A DNA stretch of 64,000 nucleotides from Azolla caroliniana (taxonomy: Eukaryota; Plantae; Polypodiophyta). The first letter of the stretch is position 1. Each line of letters starts with the position of its first letter. Positions 11,868-24,394 of the stretch are shown in pieces. Position numbers and translations under genes: made by a program. The stretch spans positions 5,642,001-5,706,000 of the forward strand of contig JBHGNT010000007.1 in NCBI GenBank assembly GCA_043228905.1, read 5' to 3'. The notes beneath the pieces are model-generated. The model was not told the DNA's origin, searched no databases, and saw nothing but the letters and a program-made list of their open reading frames with translations.

Positions 11868-14252
11868 ACGACATATCTCTGAAAGGAAAGAATTCGGCGA
11901 GAATTCACTTGCCGACACACTCCGCAACAAAACGAAGTAGCTGAGCGCAAAAATCGGCACATCCTCGAAGTAGCGCGGGCCATGATGAACGAGAAGCATA
12001 TGCCCAAGTCTTATTGGGCCGAAGCTGCAAATACGGTCGTCTACCTAATGAACCGGTGCACAACATCCGACGTGCACGAGGTCACTCCGCACGAAAAATA
12101 CTTCGGAAAGAAGCTGGACTTATCGCACACCCGGATATTCGGCGCAACAGCGTATGTGCACATCCCTAATGAGAAGCGTCAAAAGCTTGACCTGAAGTTG
12201 GAGAAATGTATCCTTGTAGGATACTCATTGGAGCAAAAGGGGTACAAGTGCTACAACCCCTCAACTCGAAAATCTTGCGTAAGTCAAGACGTCGTTTTCG
12301 ACGAGTCCGCATCCTGGTACGCACCAGAGACAACTCCGACTTCGACTCCGCTCAACCCGGAATCCGCCGAACAAGAGATAGTGGATGAAGATCGCCTTAC
12401 ACGCATGTTCGAAGAAAGTCCGATCACGACCCGACTGAGCGGACCACAAGAGCCTTTGAGCGATCAAAGCACATCACGGCCTAGCCCGAAAATGGACAAA
12501 GGCAAGGCAAAAATGCCAGAGTTGAAGTCGATCACTTCGACAGCAACGAATCGTCTCACTCCCTCAATAGTGAGTTTGAAGGCCTTGACATCCGAACAAA
12601 TGGAGCGAAGAAATCCGTAGTATCCGCCGATCCACGCGTGAAAAGAACCCCGTAAGCTGATTCAGCTACAACGATTATATGGCGTACCATTACACATTTA
12701 TGATGAAGGTAGAAACAGTACGGGAGCCAGAAACCTTTTCTGAAGCCGCAAAGGACCTGCGATGGATTGAAGCAATGAACGAGGAGATGCGTGCACTACG
12801 CAAGACCTCGTTCCCCACTCACCGCACAATAAGGCAATTGGCTGCAGATGGATCTACAAGGTGAAGTACAACGCCAACGGTTCCGTCAACCGCTACAAAG
12901 CGCGACTCGTAGCGAAAGGCTACGCACAAACACGCGGAGTTGACTACGAGGAGACCTTTGCCCCGGTGGCAAAGATGACAACAGTACGGACCGTAATTGT
13001 GCTTGCCGCGGCGAAAGGGTGGCACCTCCATCAAATGGACGTTCAGAACGCCTTTCTACAAGGCGAATTAGAAGAGGAGGTGTACATGATACAACCACCC
13101 AACTTCGAATCACGCATTCATCCAAAAGTCGTATGCCAACTCAAGAAGCCACTCTACGGCCTCAAGCAAGCACCGCGTGCTTGGCATTCGAAGATAACGC
13201 AATATCTTCATCACATCGGCTTCCGTATGTCAAAATCGGACAACTCCCTCTACATACGACCCCTTCATCTTCATCATCTTATATGTGGATGACCTAGTAA
13301 TTGGCGGTGAGCATCTCGTCGACATCAATAAGGTCAAATCCCTCCTTTCCAACAAGTTCGAGATGACGGACATGAAGGAGCTCCACTACTTCCTCGGCAT
13401 CGAAGTAATTCGGACTCCGGCCGGAATCATGATCTCTCAACGGCACTACATCCTCAACTTGTTATACAAGTTCGGGATGGCTGAGTGCAAATCCGCGGCA
13501 GCCCCGCTCGATCGCAATCTCAAACTAGATGCGAACTCCGGCACCAAAGCGTGTGAACCGACTCAGTATCGGCAACTCATCGGGAGTCTCATCTACCTCA
13601 CAATCACTCGACCCGATCTCAGTTATCCGGTCGGTCTCCTTAGCCAATTCATGCAAACACCGCGTGATACTCACTTGGAATGCGCTAAGCGAGTTCTACG
13701 ATACGTGAGCGGCACAATGGATTGCAGCATCCTCTACAAGACCGCCATGCCAATACGACTCAAGGGGTACACAGACGCCGATTGGGCCGGCTACAAAGCC
13801 GATAGAAGATCAACCTCCGGATTTGTTTTTTCCCTCGACAATGGAGCAATATCCTGGAGCAGCAAAAAGCAACCAATCGTCGCTCTTTCAAGCACAGAGG
13901 CGGAATACATGAGCGTGGCAATGGCCGCATGTGAAGTCGTATGGCTCAAATGGATACTCAAGGATCTGAGCGTACCCATCAAGGATCCGACTTCCCTTTA
14001 CTACGACAACATGAGTAGTATCTATCTAGCTCGGAACCCGGTGTTCCACCCGCGGACAAAGCACATCGAAGTGCACTATCACTTCATCCAAGAGCGTGTT
14101 CTAGCTGACGATGTCGACCTACAACACATTAGCACCACCTTCAAACGGCTGACATCTTCATTAAAGCCTTAGGAGCCGACAAGCTATGGCAATTCATGAC
14201 TGATCTCGGATTGACGATCCCTGACCTGCCAAGCTTGAGGGGGAGTATTGAA

Positions 14253-14440
14253 GACATTACGCAATAACGTGTGGATTCCGCAAACTGCACACATTACGCA
14301 ATAACGTGTGGATTCCGCAAACTGCACACATTACGCAATAACGAGTGGATTACGCAATAACGTGTGGATTGCGCAACCGCGCAACGAAGCCGCAAAGAGC
14401 CGATCTACCGCGCAAAGAGCCGATCTACCGCGCAAAGCCG
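14253..14440. repeat. Short tandem repeats in the Copia 3' UTR (acattacgcaataacgtgtggattccgcaaactgcac; cgcaaagagccgatctaccg)
   Basis: Direct inspection, between the RNase H end and the 3' LTR. Confidence 0.85.
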
Positions 14441-15011
14441 CGAACAAAGACGCAAGCCGAAGCACAGACTTCGCAACTACGCACAACGCAAGCTGGAGCA
14501 CGGATTCCGCAACTCCGCATAAATGCGAGTCAACGTGAGTTGACGCAGACTCCGGAACGCGAGTCGAAGCGGATTTCGGATACCGTCTGAAACCAACCCG
14601 ACTTGAGCTTGAGGGGGCGTGTTGAGAATCAAGCTCAACTTGGTTTAGTGTGTGAACTCACCTTGAGAGTGAATAGACACTCCAACGGTCAAGAGTCACC
14701 ATTAAGTCCCCACTTTGTATTCTAGCATTTAGTATGAGTCATAGAATCATATTCTATGACACATAACTTATGAGCTTTCACATTCCCATGCTCAATGAGT
14801 CTTGTAGTTAATGAAGACAAAGGGTGACTACATAAAGTACCCTCCTCCCACCTTGTATAATGTTGAGTCCTTCTCCTTTGTGAATATACTTTTACCTTGC
14901 GTATTCTCTGTGTCTTATTCCTTGTCTCTCTCTCACTCTCTCTCTCTCTCATACACACACATAACTCATATCTCTTCCGTTTCACAAGAATCCATCTCTT
15001 GATTCTTTACA

Positions 15012-16400
15012 TAGACCATGTTTGTGGTATAGGGCACCACTGAGAATCAATCCTCACAACTGAGATGTGGTCCCTCTTGACCACTAAGCTAGACAAAATG
15101 CACCTCATGGACCATTTCATCATGAAGAAAGGCATGTGAGAAAGAGTTGTCAAAGTACAATTGCTATGGCACAACCAAGAGGAATGCTCTAATTATGATT
15201 GTAGTAGTATACCTCAACCCACGACCTCACAATTTATTCACAGTTGGCCTCGTCTATATAAAATCAGACTTGGAAATAAGATCATCCTTGTAAAAACACC
15301 CTGCATAGGATGAGGATAGTAAACTAACGATTGTTCCACCCTTGTTCACAGTAATAAGGTAACAACATTATTGTATTGTAGCATATAAGAAAACCCTACT
15401 AGGCTTAGATCCTTAAAATCGCGTTATGCCATTAAAAAACTTGCTTTGGAATCTTTCACAAAATGTTTTGCAAATTATTCTGCTCTCATAGTCCAACACA
15501 TCAATCCTCACATCATGTGTGTGGCAGCACAACCACAAAAGCTGATTCAGAATCTCTTGGACAATCAATCTACTTCCACTTCATGAGAACATGACTCTCA
15601 TTCCAAACCAGAATGATCATGTGCCATGAATTAGGATGGCTATCATACATGCCATCTTTTATAGGCCATCCAAACAAATATTTTTTGCTCACATTAATGA
15701 CTCTTCAAACTAGTGTAGAATCTCGTGTTTGTGGACTTATTAACTGGGTCACAAGAAAGCACAAACATGCGCTATGCCTACCATAACAAAATAAGCCTCT
15801 TTGAAAAATATTTCCCCTCCATCCAAATGTCCAGTGATGGGTGAGAAACCAATTTATCTGCTCAAAATTATCAAAGGCTCAGTATTGATATAGAATCCTA
15901 GTCCAATTAAATGTGTATGTCACTATACAAACCATATGCTTGAATTAACTTGCCAAGGTTGCAAGAGAGCACTATTATCCTTTCAGTATCCAAGTCCAAA
16001 CAACGTGCTTGAATTTCTCTTAGAGAATCCTATATGCATGAATGAGTGCGGTAACCTAGATATTTCCATAATATGCTTCAAATTAGTCCCTCACTCATAT
16101 AAACCTTCACATTATACTCATGCTGAAATGAGAAGGCCCCCATATCCTAGTACACAATGCGAGAAGTAAATCTATTTTGGAATGTTGTCATCTTATCTCG
16201 ATATTCTCTCTCTACAATATTCTTACATTACTCTCACTATGGTTTATATTCTTTCCTTCACTGAAATTTTAGCAAATCTTGTCTTATCCATCATAAAATT
16301 GGTTTTACACGGGACTGGCATCTTCTACGAAGTAGTGGCAGATTTGGATGATCTAAAGAGATAAGAATGAAAATCTAAAGGTAAAAGAGTGTAGATGTTA
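15012..16400 (-). pseudogene. Highly decayed retroelement pol/integrase-like remnant
   Basis: Only scattered motif-like traces on the minus strand; no long ORF. Confidence 0.25.
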
Positions 16401-16754
16401 CAAGACCCTTGGACACAATCTCTCCATTAAGCAAATGCAGATGGAAAGTACACAATTATAAATGAACACATACATCAACATGCAAGATTGTTTGCTGCAA
16501 ATGAGCACATGTAAAAAAATCCCTCAACTATTCCAAACCCTAATCCCTCAACTATTCCTACCACATGTAAAAAAAATCAGAAAAAGTGATGTAATAGGGT
16601 TTAGTACATACCTGGGAATAGTGATGGAGGAGATTGATTGCCACTTATGTCGATTGCAGGCCGCTTGACGATAGTTTTCTTTCTCGGCAAAAAAACCCTA
16701 TCAATCTCGTTTGAAAAAATGAGAGATAATGACAGGTTTTAGGCTTTTATAGTC

Positions 16755-16968
16755 GTCGGTTGGGCGACTTGCATCTTATATCGAGTTGGTTGGGCGACCA
16801 ACTCAATATAAACTTACCTGCGGTTGGGCAACCTGCTTAAACCATTCACCCAACCATTTTAAAAATATACAGTTGGGCGACCTGCGTCGATGATTAAGTT
16901 GGTTGGGCGACCAACTTAATATAAACTTACCTCCGTTGGGCGACCTTTGATAGGGTTGGGCGACCTTT
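16755..16968. repeat. Cluster of about seven (g)gttgggcgacc motifs with duplicated aact(c/t)aatataaacttacct
   Basis: Direct inspection. Confidence 0.75.
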
Positions 16969-17154
16969 GCAGAACTTTTTTTCTCGCGCGTTCTTCCTTA
17001 TCAAAATCTGATGGTGTAGATCGCACGCACCTTCCTCTGAGTGACCTGCACCGTATGTGGTCGCGATTCCCTCACCAACCCTCTTTATGATTTGATGCAA
17101 AATAAACACGTCGAATCCATCCATCCATCTATCATGATGTTGCTTGATGATTGG

Positions 17155-17755
17155 AAGATGGATGGATGGATGATAGATTGTGTGTGTGTGTGTGTGTCAT
17201 TTTCTGACACCACATTGCTTGCTCATGTACCGATCCAAGCTCCACGGTCACATGATGTGCTCAATGTATGTAACAAACTGTTTAACATTGCCAATTATCA
17301 GCTTGTCACAAAGCTTAATGGTGCATGGTCTCAATTTATGACGATTGGCATGTAAACCATGCACATTTAGAATTCCAGATGCATCTTGGTCATTAATTGG
17401 GTGGATGAATGATAGATCGTGTGTGTGTGTGTGTATGTATGTATATGTATATATATCATTGTGTGACACGAACTGCTTGCTCATGTACCAATCCAAGCTC
17501 CATTCCCTACTAATGTGCTCGGTGTACGTAACAAACTCTTCAACTGTGCCAAATATCAACTTGCCACAAAGCTTAATGGTGTGTGGTCTCAAATTATGAG
17601 GATTTCTAAACCATGCACATTTAGAATTTCATATATGCATCCTGGTAATTATCTGGGTGGATGAATTATAGATGATGTGTGTGTATCATTGTGTGACACA
17701 ATACTACTTGCAAGTATTACAATCCAAGCTCCAATGTCTAACGTTGTGCTCGGTT
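17155..17755. repeat. Degenerate tandem repeat, unit about 250 bp, about 2.4 copies
   Basis: Recurring ggatga..ataga..gtgtgtg, atccaagctcca, cacaaagcttaatggtg and aaaccatgcacatttagaatt blocks. Confidence 0.8.
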
Positions 17756-17890
17756 CAAATCTCTATTATGAGTTTGCAGTTTTGGTATATGTTCATAACA
17801 TCGTCCCCTTCCTTTGAAGACTCCACAAGTCGCAATGCACGAACTAGGACTTAGCTTATTTGGATATTGATGATGAAATCCAACGACAAG

Positions 17891-18474
17891 TTATGGGAGC
17901 TTGAACATGTCGTCGAATGAGTGTTCCATTTTTTTTGTTTGAAGTTTAGAACTTCGCTCTGATACCAGATTGTTGTAAATAGTGCTCGGCCACAACCGAG
18001 TCTCAATCACAATGGAAGAAACATAACAGAAACTACATATTAATGCACTTACACACAAAATGGGTCGACACAGGATGTTAACATGGAAAACCCTAATCGG
18101 GGAAAACCACGGGAGTTCTCTGACTCCGAACAGGATCACTAAAGAGGAGGGGTACAACAGAGTGAGACTCAGAGGCAACAACCTCGAGCTTTGTATCTTC
18201 GCCAACCGGCGGTTACAACAGAAAAAAGCATTATGTGTCTCTCTCTCCCTCTTCCTCTCCCTCTCCCTCTCTCTCTCTCTCTATATACAACTTCTATCTA
18301 ACTCTATCTCAAAACATTGTTGCCCCAGTTATATTTATACATATATAACTTTAGGGCTATTTACACATATGACCGATCCGAATCTCATCCGGTCCGATTC
18401 CTTCCTTCGACTCGTCCGATCCGGCTCGTCCGGTTCTCATCCGGATCCCATTCGGAGGGACCAGTTTCCCAACA
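17891..18474 (-). mobile_element. Truncated Copia: 5' LTR 17971-18474, Met PBS and first codons of gag
   Basis: TGTTG...CAACA termini, PBS at 17956-17967, MEHSFDDMFKL resembles the gag start MDESLGDMFKL. Confidence 0.85.
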
Positions 18475-19150
18475 GAAACTAAATCCAAAGTTTTGTGAAC
18501 TTCAAAATGTCCGGCCATTGGCATGTCATATCAAAATGTCTCAAGGAATGTTATATCAATGGACTCAAGAAAGGTTCGAATGGTTTTATATTCGTTAGTG
18601 TTGCGTTTAGCGTGCGACATTCAATGTTTTTTGGGATTTACAAATATTTGTTGCAAATTCATAAAAAAGTACTCGAAGTTCGTGTTACCTCTCATAGAGC
18701 TTACACAACTTAGATTGAGTTTTAGTGTAGCTTACCCATTTGACCATGAAGAGCAAGTGTTTACGTCTACCTCAAAATTGGTTCATATAGGTCTAGAGAA
18801 GCCTTTAATAATTATGGATCACTGAGCCATGTGACAAGTTGGATTCTCAATCTATTGGTCAATTCCTGATTTCTAGCCAAATTGCATTTCATTGGGATAT
18901 CCTTCCCATATCGTCTTCATATGATGCTCCACATATCACTTTTGCAACCTTATGATTTGAGCTTTATTCCATATCACATTATTCCTCTTCTGCATCATGT
19001 ATAGCTTGTTGATCGACTAGAGCATGAGGTTGAAGTTGTTTTGGATTTGAAGTCATGCTAGAGTGCTTGGCTCACCACAAACTTTTGCAACAATCACCAT
19101 AATCTGTAAATGTCTTAAAGAAGCAAGAAGTATGACAAAGTATACTGATA
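18475..19150 (+). pseudogene. Decayed Gypsy pol remnant (RT/RNase H junction, possible chromodomain trace)
   Basis: DIQCFLGFTNICCKFIKKYSKFVLPL resembles the FLG..NYYR.FI..YS...PL motif. Confidence 0.5.
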
Positions 19151-20469
19151 GAGAATGTCACAAAGAATGAAGACTCAACAATACAAAAATAACATAAATA
19201 AGGAGATTACAATTGCGCGAAGAGATCCAGGAGAGCAAAGGCATATAGTAAAGGTGTAACCTAGAATAGTCAAGTGATTAAAGTAGTTGTTGTACACCTC
19301 CCACGTAAATACTAAACTTAAAGGTGAGATGAACAACTACACTTACATTCTAATTTCACTTATTAGCCCTTTCATGAAATTTGGTTTTGGGGTGAAGTGG
19401 ATGAGAGACCATTGGAGAGCATTCCTCAAGTCAACAACTTCCATCCTCGTTAGGAGATCTTGAAAGTTAGTACAACCTCACGTGAAAGATTGAAATCATG
19501 CATGATATTCACATATGGGACTCGTTTTGATGTAAGCGTTCTTATGCTATTGACATGTTGAGGCGTCATCAATCACATATATCCTCTTTTTCTACTTAAC
19601 ATTTAGCCCACCCCCAAGTTCTACTTTTAATGTATTTGAGTGTACACATAAAAATTATGCAATGGCATGTCTTGCATACTTTCACATGGGTTTCACCCAA
19701 TTGACCGTAGTATATTTCCTTATATAGAGTAGTAATTCAATCGTTGTAGTAATCAAACTTAGATATATGTTGGGCCAATCTCCATTTCGTACAAAGGGCT
19801 TCCGATTGACTCATGTTCTCTTGCATCTTCAATTTAGCTCTACACACACATAAACATATCCAAATATTTGTAAACATTGTTGTCTTGCAGGCCATTGAAC
19901 CCAACCTAACGATTATGGCACATTTTAGGAAAGCAAGTCACATATATACATGCCTTGGTTATAGTAGTGCGTATTGGCCCAACTAGGTGAAAGAGACATC
20001 AGTTAATTATTTATTATTGTTGTTGTTGGTGGTGGTGACATTAATAAGACAATTCTTTTGCCCTTTTAAAGTGAGGATCATGTCCAACCAAATGTTATGC
20101 ATCGTCTCAACTGGAGAGCCCCTAACTTGATTGAAAATGAGAGAGAAACGAGCCTTGTAGGTGTAGTATATGGTGTTCCCGTAATGGATGCGTTTCATTT
20201 CTTACACCTAAAAACTGAATGTCAAAGATTCTTAGCGGACATTGGCATACCAATTGTGGCTCAAGGGCAGAGAGTCAGATAGACAATGTTTTTGTGACTT
20301 GTCTTGCAAATGGCAGCGACCAACAACACGAGGAGATACACTTGTTCAGTGGAGCCATGTACGAACAGAAGAGGCAAAAGGCTTGATACGTGCAAGTAAC
20401 AGATCACACTTGGACGCGAAGTATCTGACATGTGGCTTGGTTTCCTTTCCCAGAGCTTACGCCCCCCCC

Positions 20470-20500
<31 letters not shown>

Positions 20501-20752
20501 ACAAAAAAAAACACTTGGAAAAGAAACTTTAGGGGTAAATTACCTTGGTTAGACTCTCTAATTACATGCACAATTACAGGATTATGCTCTAATTACATAC
20601 ATAATTGCAGTATTATGCTCTATTATTACATATGTTAATTGAAGTATGTATTAGCCCCCCCCCCCTCCAATTCATGGCTTTTTTGTTTTCTGAAGCCTTC
20701 CTTTTAGGTCATAGCTTCTTCTCCTTCTTCTTCCTCCTCCTTCTGTGTCGCG

Positions 20753-22538
20753 ATGTCGATGGCAGCACCCGCTTCATCAGAGAATCCGTCTTCTGCGAAA
20801 CCTGTCCTCGTCCGCATAAAGAGGAAACAGCTCCAATCTCCTCTCCAATCTCTCTGTAAGCATCGCCATCATCATCAGTAGTATCAACATCTTCTCGTTT
20901 CTTGTTCCTTCTCCGTCTTCACAATGATTTCCTTATCCGGTACGACCTTTCTTTCCTAAAGCCTGGGGTTTGAGTGAATTTTTGCAGGTCTCGAAGTCTT
21001 TGAGAGACCTACGAAGCGTTTCGAGGCTGATTTCGTTTCTCTGTCGCTCAACGACAATGATGAACAAAATTCTGGTATGCTGTTCTTTGCTTTTATTGCG
21101 TGTAGGTATGTTTTCGTGCGTAATGTAGGCGTTTAGGCAAAGTTTTTTTGGTTATTCTGCATGGATGGACCTATTTTGTGGGTTTTCGAGTATGTATGGA
21201 TGAAAACAATAATTTTAGTGACATTTTAAAATGATAATCGTTATGTAACTGTAAAACTCTGTCGTAAGAAGAGGCTGAGTGGAGGGACTGGTGTAAAATC
21301 AGAGGAGCAGAGATGATGCAAACGAGACACAATTAGAAATTGGAGCTTCAAGGGAGACACTACACATGATGTCCCTGGAGCATCATGTATTTGGAACGGA
21401 ATATACCTGTGTTGCTATATATATGCTGGCAAGTGTTTTATTGAAGATCAAAGGAGACACAATTGAAAATTGGAGCTTCAAGGGAGACACTACAGATGAT
21501 GTCCCTATGGCATGTGTCTTACATGTCTGTTATAGCAGATACATCTCAGATTGTAAGGTTGTGAGTGGTTCGAGGTCCAGCCTTTATAACATTCCCCATC
21601 CTTATTTTGATCAAAATCCATCCCTTTTGTTTCTGTTGTGCATTTGATGTCCATTCTATGCAATACAACATTTCTCACATCTCAATATGGTTCTGAGCTT
21701 GGCAATTGTTTTATATCAGATCAATTTTGGTCAGGGGTAAAATTCGTAGGACATACATTTTTCTTTCTACCCCAAGAGTTTGTTTTTCGTTGTTTTCAGG
21801 CAAAACATTGGAGGCAAAAACAACTCGCTTACTATTTCATCATCTGGAGACCATAACTTCTTTAGGTACTAATGAAACAACCAGAGTAAATACTCTTTTG
21901 GTAAGGAAAACCATATTTGTGGTGATTATTATGAAGTATTCAAAGAAATTGTCGCAAACTAATTTCTTTTGGCTGCCAGAGCCAACTCCAAAATGAGACA
22001 TGTGATAGAAAACATCGAAGAGGGATAAAAAGTAAGGTAAAGTCCTACCTGATAAGATATAATATCAATTGTAGAATGACACAGTTGATCTCTTATTACT
22101 TTTTGTTCTAATGATTAAGGATCCAGGAAAGTGTTTGGCAACATCGAGACTAGCACGTCAGGTGATACATCTATTAGAACCAATCAATATTTAAATTTGG
22201 AATCTCATTTGGGCTTCAAATGAAGCATAAAGCCTTTCTTATAAGGTGGCAAAAATGGAACTCAAAGAAATGCACAAGGTTGTGCAAATTACACAGATTT
22301 TTCCTAATTACATATATACACATATACAGATATACATATACACATATACACATAAATACATACACATATACATAAATACATATATATACACATACATATG
22401 TACACACATATATATACATATATACACATATACACATAAATACATAGACATAGATATATACACTGATACTGATATACACACAGATACAGGTATACAGAGA
22501 TATACATATATACATACATACATACATGCATGCATGCA

Positions 22539-22592
<54 letters not shown>

Positions 22593-24394
22593 TACACACA
22601 TATCTATATATCTAACGTAATCTTGAGATTTCGTAATCAAACTTGATCCTCATGATTGACCTCAAGATTGAGTGCAATGGTTTATATGAAACCTTACCCC
22701 TTGAGCTTCAAATTGAAGGAACTAAAGTTTGCATCAATGTGTAGAGCTCTTTATATAGTTGCTTAAAAGCTTTTACTGAAGTTTCATTTGTGACATATAT
22801 TTGATTAAGGGCTTTCATTTAGAAGGCTCATTTTTGACATATGGTTTTTCTTTTAGGCTTTGAATCAGAAGGCTCGCTTTGAGCAAGTCTGGATGAGTCG
22901 CAAGGGAGAGAAGAAGACAGATATCATGGCTGAAGTTTTTCATTTGTATGACATTGTGCGTGTTGATACGGACATAGAGGCCCTAGAAAGGAGCTATAAG
23001 GAAGAACAAGTAAGGAGGTAAATAGAAGTAGCATCTGCATGAGTCCTGACTGTTGTATTGGCAGATTTGCATAGTTGAAGCTCAACAATGTTGGACTGCT
23101 GTAGATGTACAGAGGAAGAGGAAAACGAATTGCTACAAAGTTTTCTACCATTATTCAAGGAATATCTACCCAATGTTGCTGCAGAGGTTGAATCATTGCC
23201 AGTTGCACCCAAATGTGATGAAGGTTTGATAGGTTGCCTTCTACAAAAACTGAATTGAAAGGTTTATTACATTTTAGTCATTCTTTTCTGTTTGCAGTGC
23301 CTGTGGATGAGTATGTTTATGATCTTTATGCTTTATATCAACATTCGGAGGAAGATGCCGTTGACATGGAAGATTATCCTATGTGAGTTATTTTGACCTT
23401 ATTAATCCCTCACCCAAAAGAAAAGACAAACTAAAAGTTTTTTCCCGGTGGTTTTCATTTTTCTCATCCTTCTCTATCTCTCTTTTTTGTTTCGGGGGTG
23501 ATGTTTTTCGTTGTATCATCCTTCCATTGATCCATTGGCAATAGAGTGACATGATATTCTTTTGAAAGTTTGAAGGGGCAAATATTATGCTGCCAACATA
23601 TTTAAGGAGGCTATAGCTCCCCATGATAAATGGAGAAATAGGACTCTATTTAATCCTTTAAACATGATAATACTGCTACTTTAGCATCTTTCCTCTATTT
23701 AGTCGATTGTATCTATCAGCATATAGGTATTTACTGTTCTCATTTTCTAGTTGATTACTGAGTTTTGTTTCTTTTCTATATTGTAAGCTAAATTGGATTT
23801 CTTTCTTGTTTGCAGGATACAAGTAATGGATGAGGAAGACCTTAGATGGGGACTTTCTTCAGGCTCTGAATATGACAGTGAAGATTCAAACGGTATCAAT
23901 CAGATCCATTTTGGTAGACTTAATACACAAATTGTTTACATTTTACAATGAACCCTATAAATAGAATTAGCTTTCGAAATAAAATGTTTTTAAAAATAGA
24001 AGTAATACTATGAATAGGCTTGCTGCTTTTCAAATACTGAATTGTTCAGACATTTGTTTTCCAATTTTTAGGTTTAAAATATACAATCAATGTAAAATAG
24101 TTTTCCAAATACTAATTTGTTTGAGATTTGATTGTTTACTATTTTTTAGATGAAAATAATCCTGTAAATGATTATCCTGAAGAGGAAAGTGATTCCGAGA
24201 TAAGCTCAGTATCTGATGAAGGTGATATACAAAGAGATTCAGAAGTAGAAAGTAAATCAAATGCGTCAGGAATAGAGGAGAATCATATGGGCTCAGATGT
24301 TTCCAGAGAGTATAATGATTATTCTTATGAGGAATGGGATGATGACAATTGGAGGGATTCTGTCTATGTTGATTCTACCGAGGAGAGAGAATGA
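20753..24394 (+). CDS. RDM4: IWR1-family RNA polymerase-associated factor, RNA-directed DNA methylation 4 (RDM4/DMS4)-like. Exons: 20753-20855, 20988-21074, 21800-21900, 21980-22036, 22120-22161, 22857-23017, 23105-23223, 23298-23382, 23816-23892, 24150-24394
   Basis: GT-AG introns with consistent phases join [61 protein letters not shown] and [21 protein letters not shown], which are hallmark RDM4/Iwr1 motifs. Confidence 0.88.
22306..22613. repeat. Intronic (TA/CA)n low-complexity microsatellite
   Basis: Alternating purine-pyrimidine tract in intron 5. Confidence 0.95.

Larger units (their letters stand above)
8695..15011 (+). mobile_element. Second-lineage Ty1/Copia element (5' part not present here), 3' LTR 14620-15011, interrupted by Gypsy 9294-11867
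   Basis: WHKRIGH pre-integrase motif, integrase, RT (YKARLVAKG, YVDD region frameshifted) and RNase H (DADWAG...HIEVHYHF). PPT gagggggcg precedes tgttgagaatca...tgattctttaca. Confidence 0.9.

Noticed and set aside
14253-14440. CRISPR-like array (also 58080-58211 and 8330-8645)
   Set aside because: Tandem repeats without unique spacers, eukaryotic context, no cas genes.
22216-22640. Tyr/Ile/Cys-rich ORFs
   Set aside because: Translations of an intronic TA/CA microsatellite.
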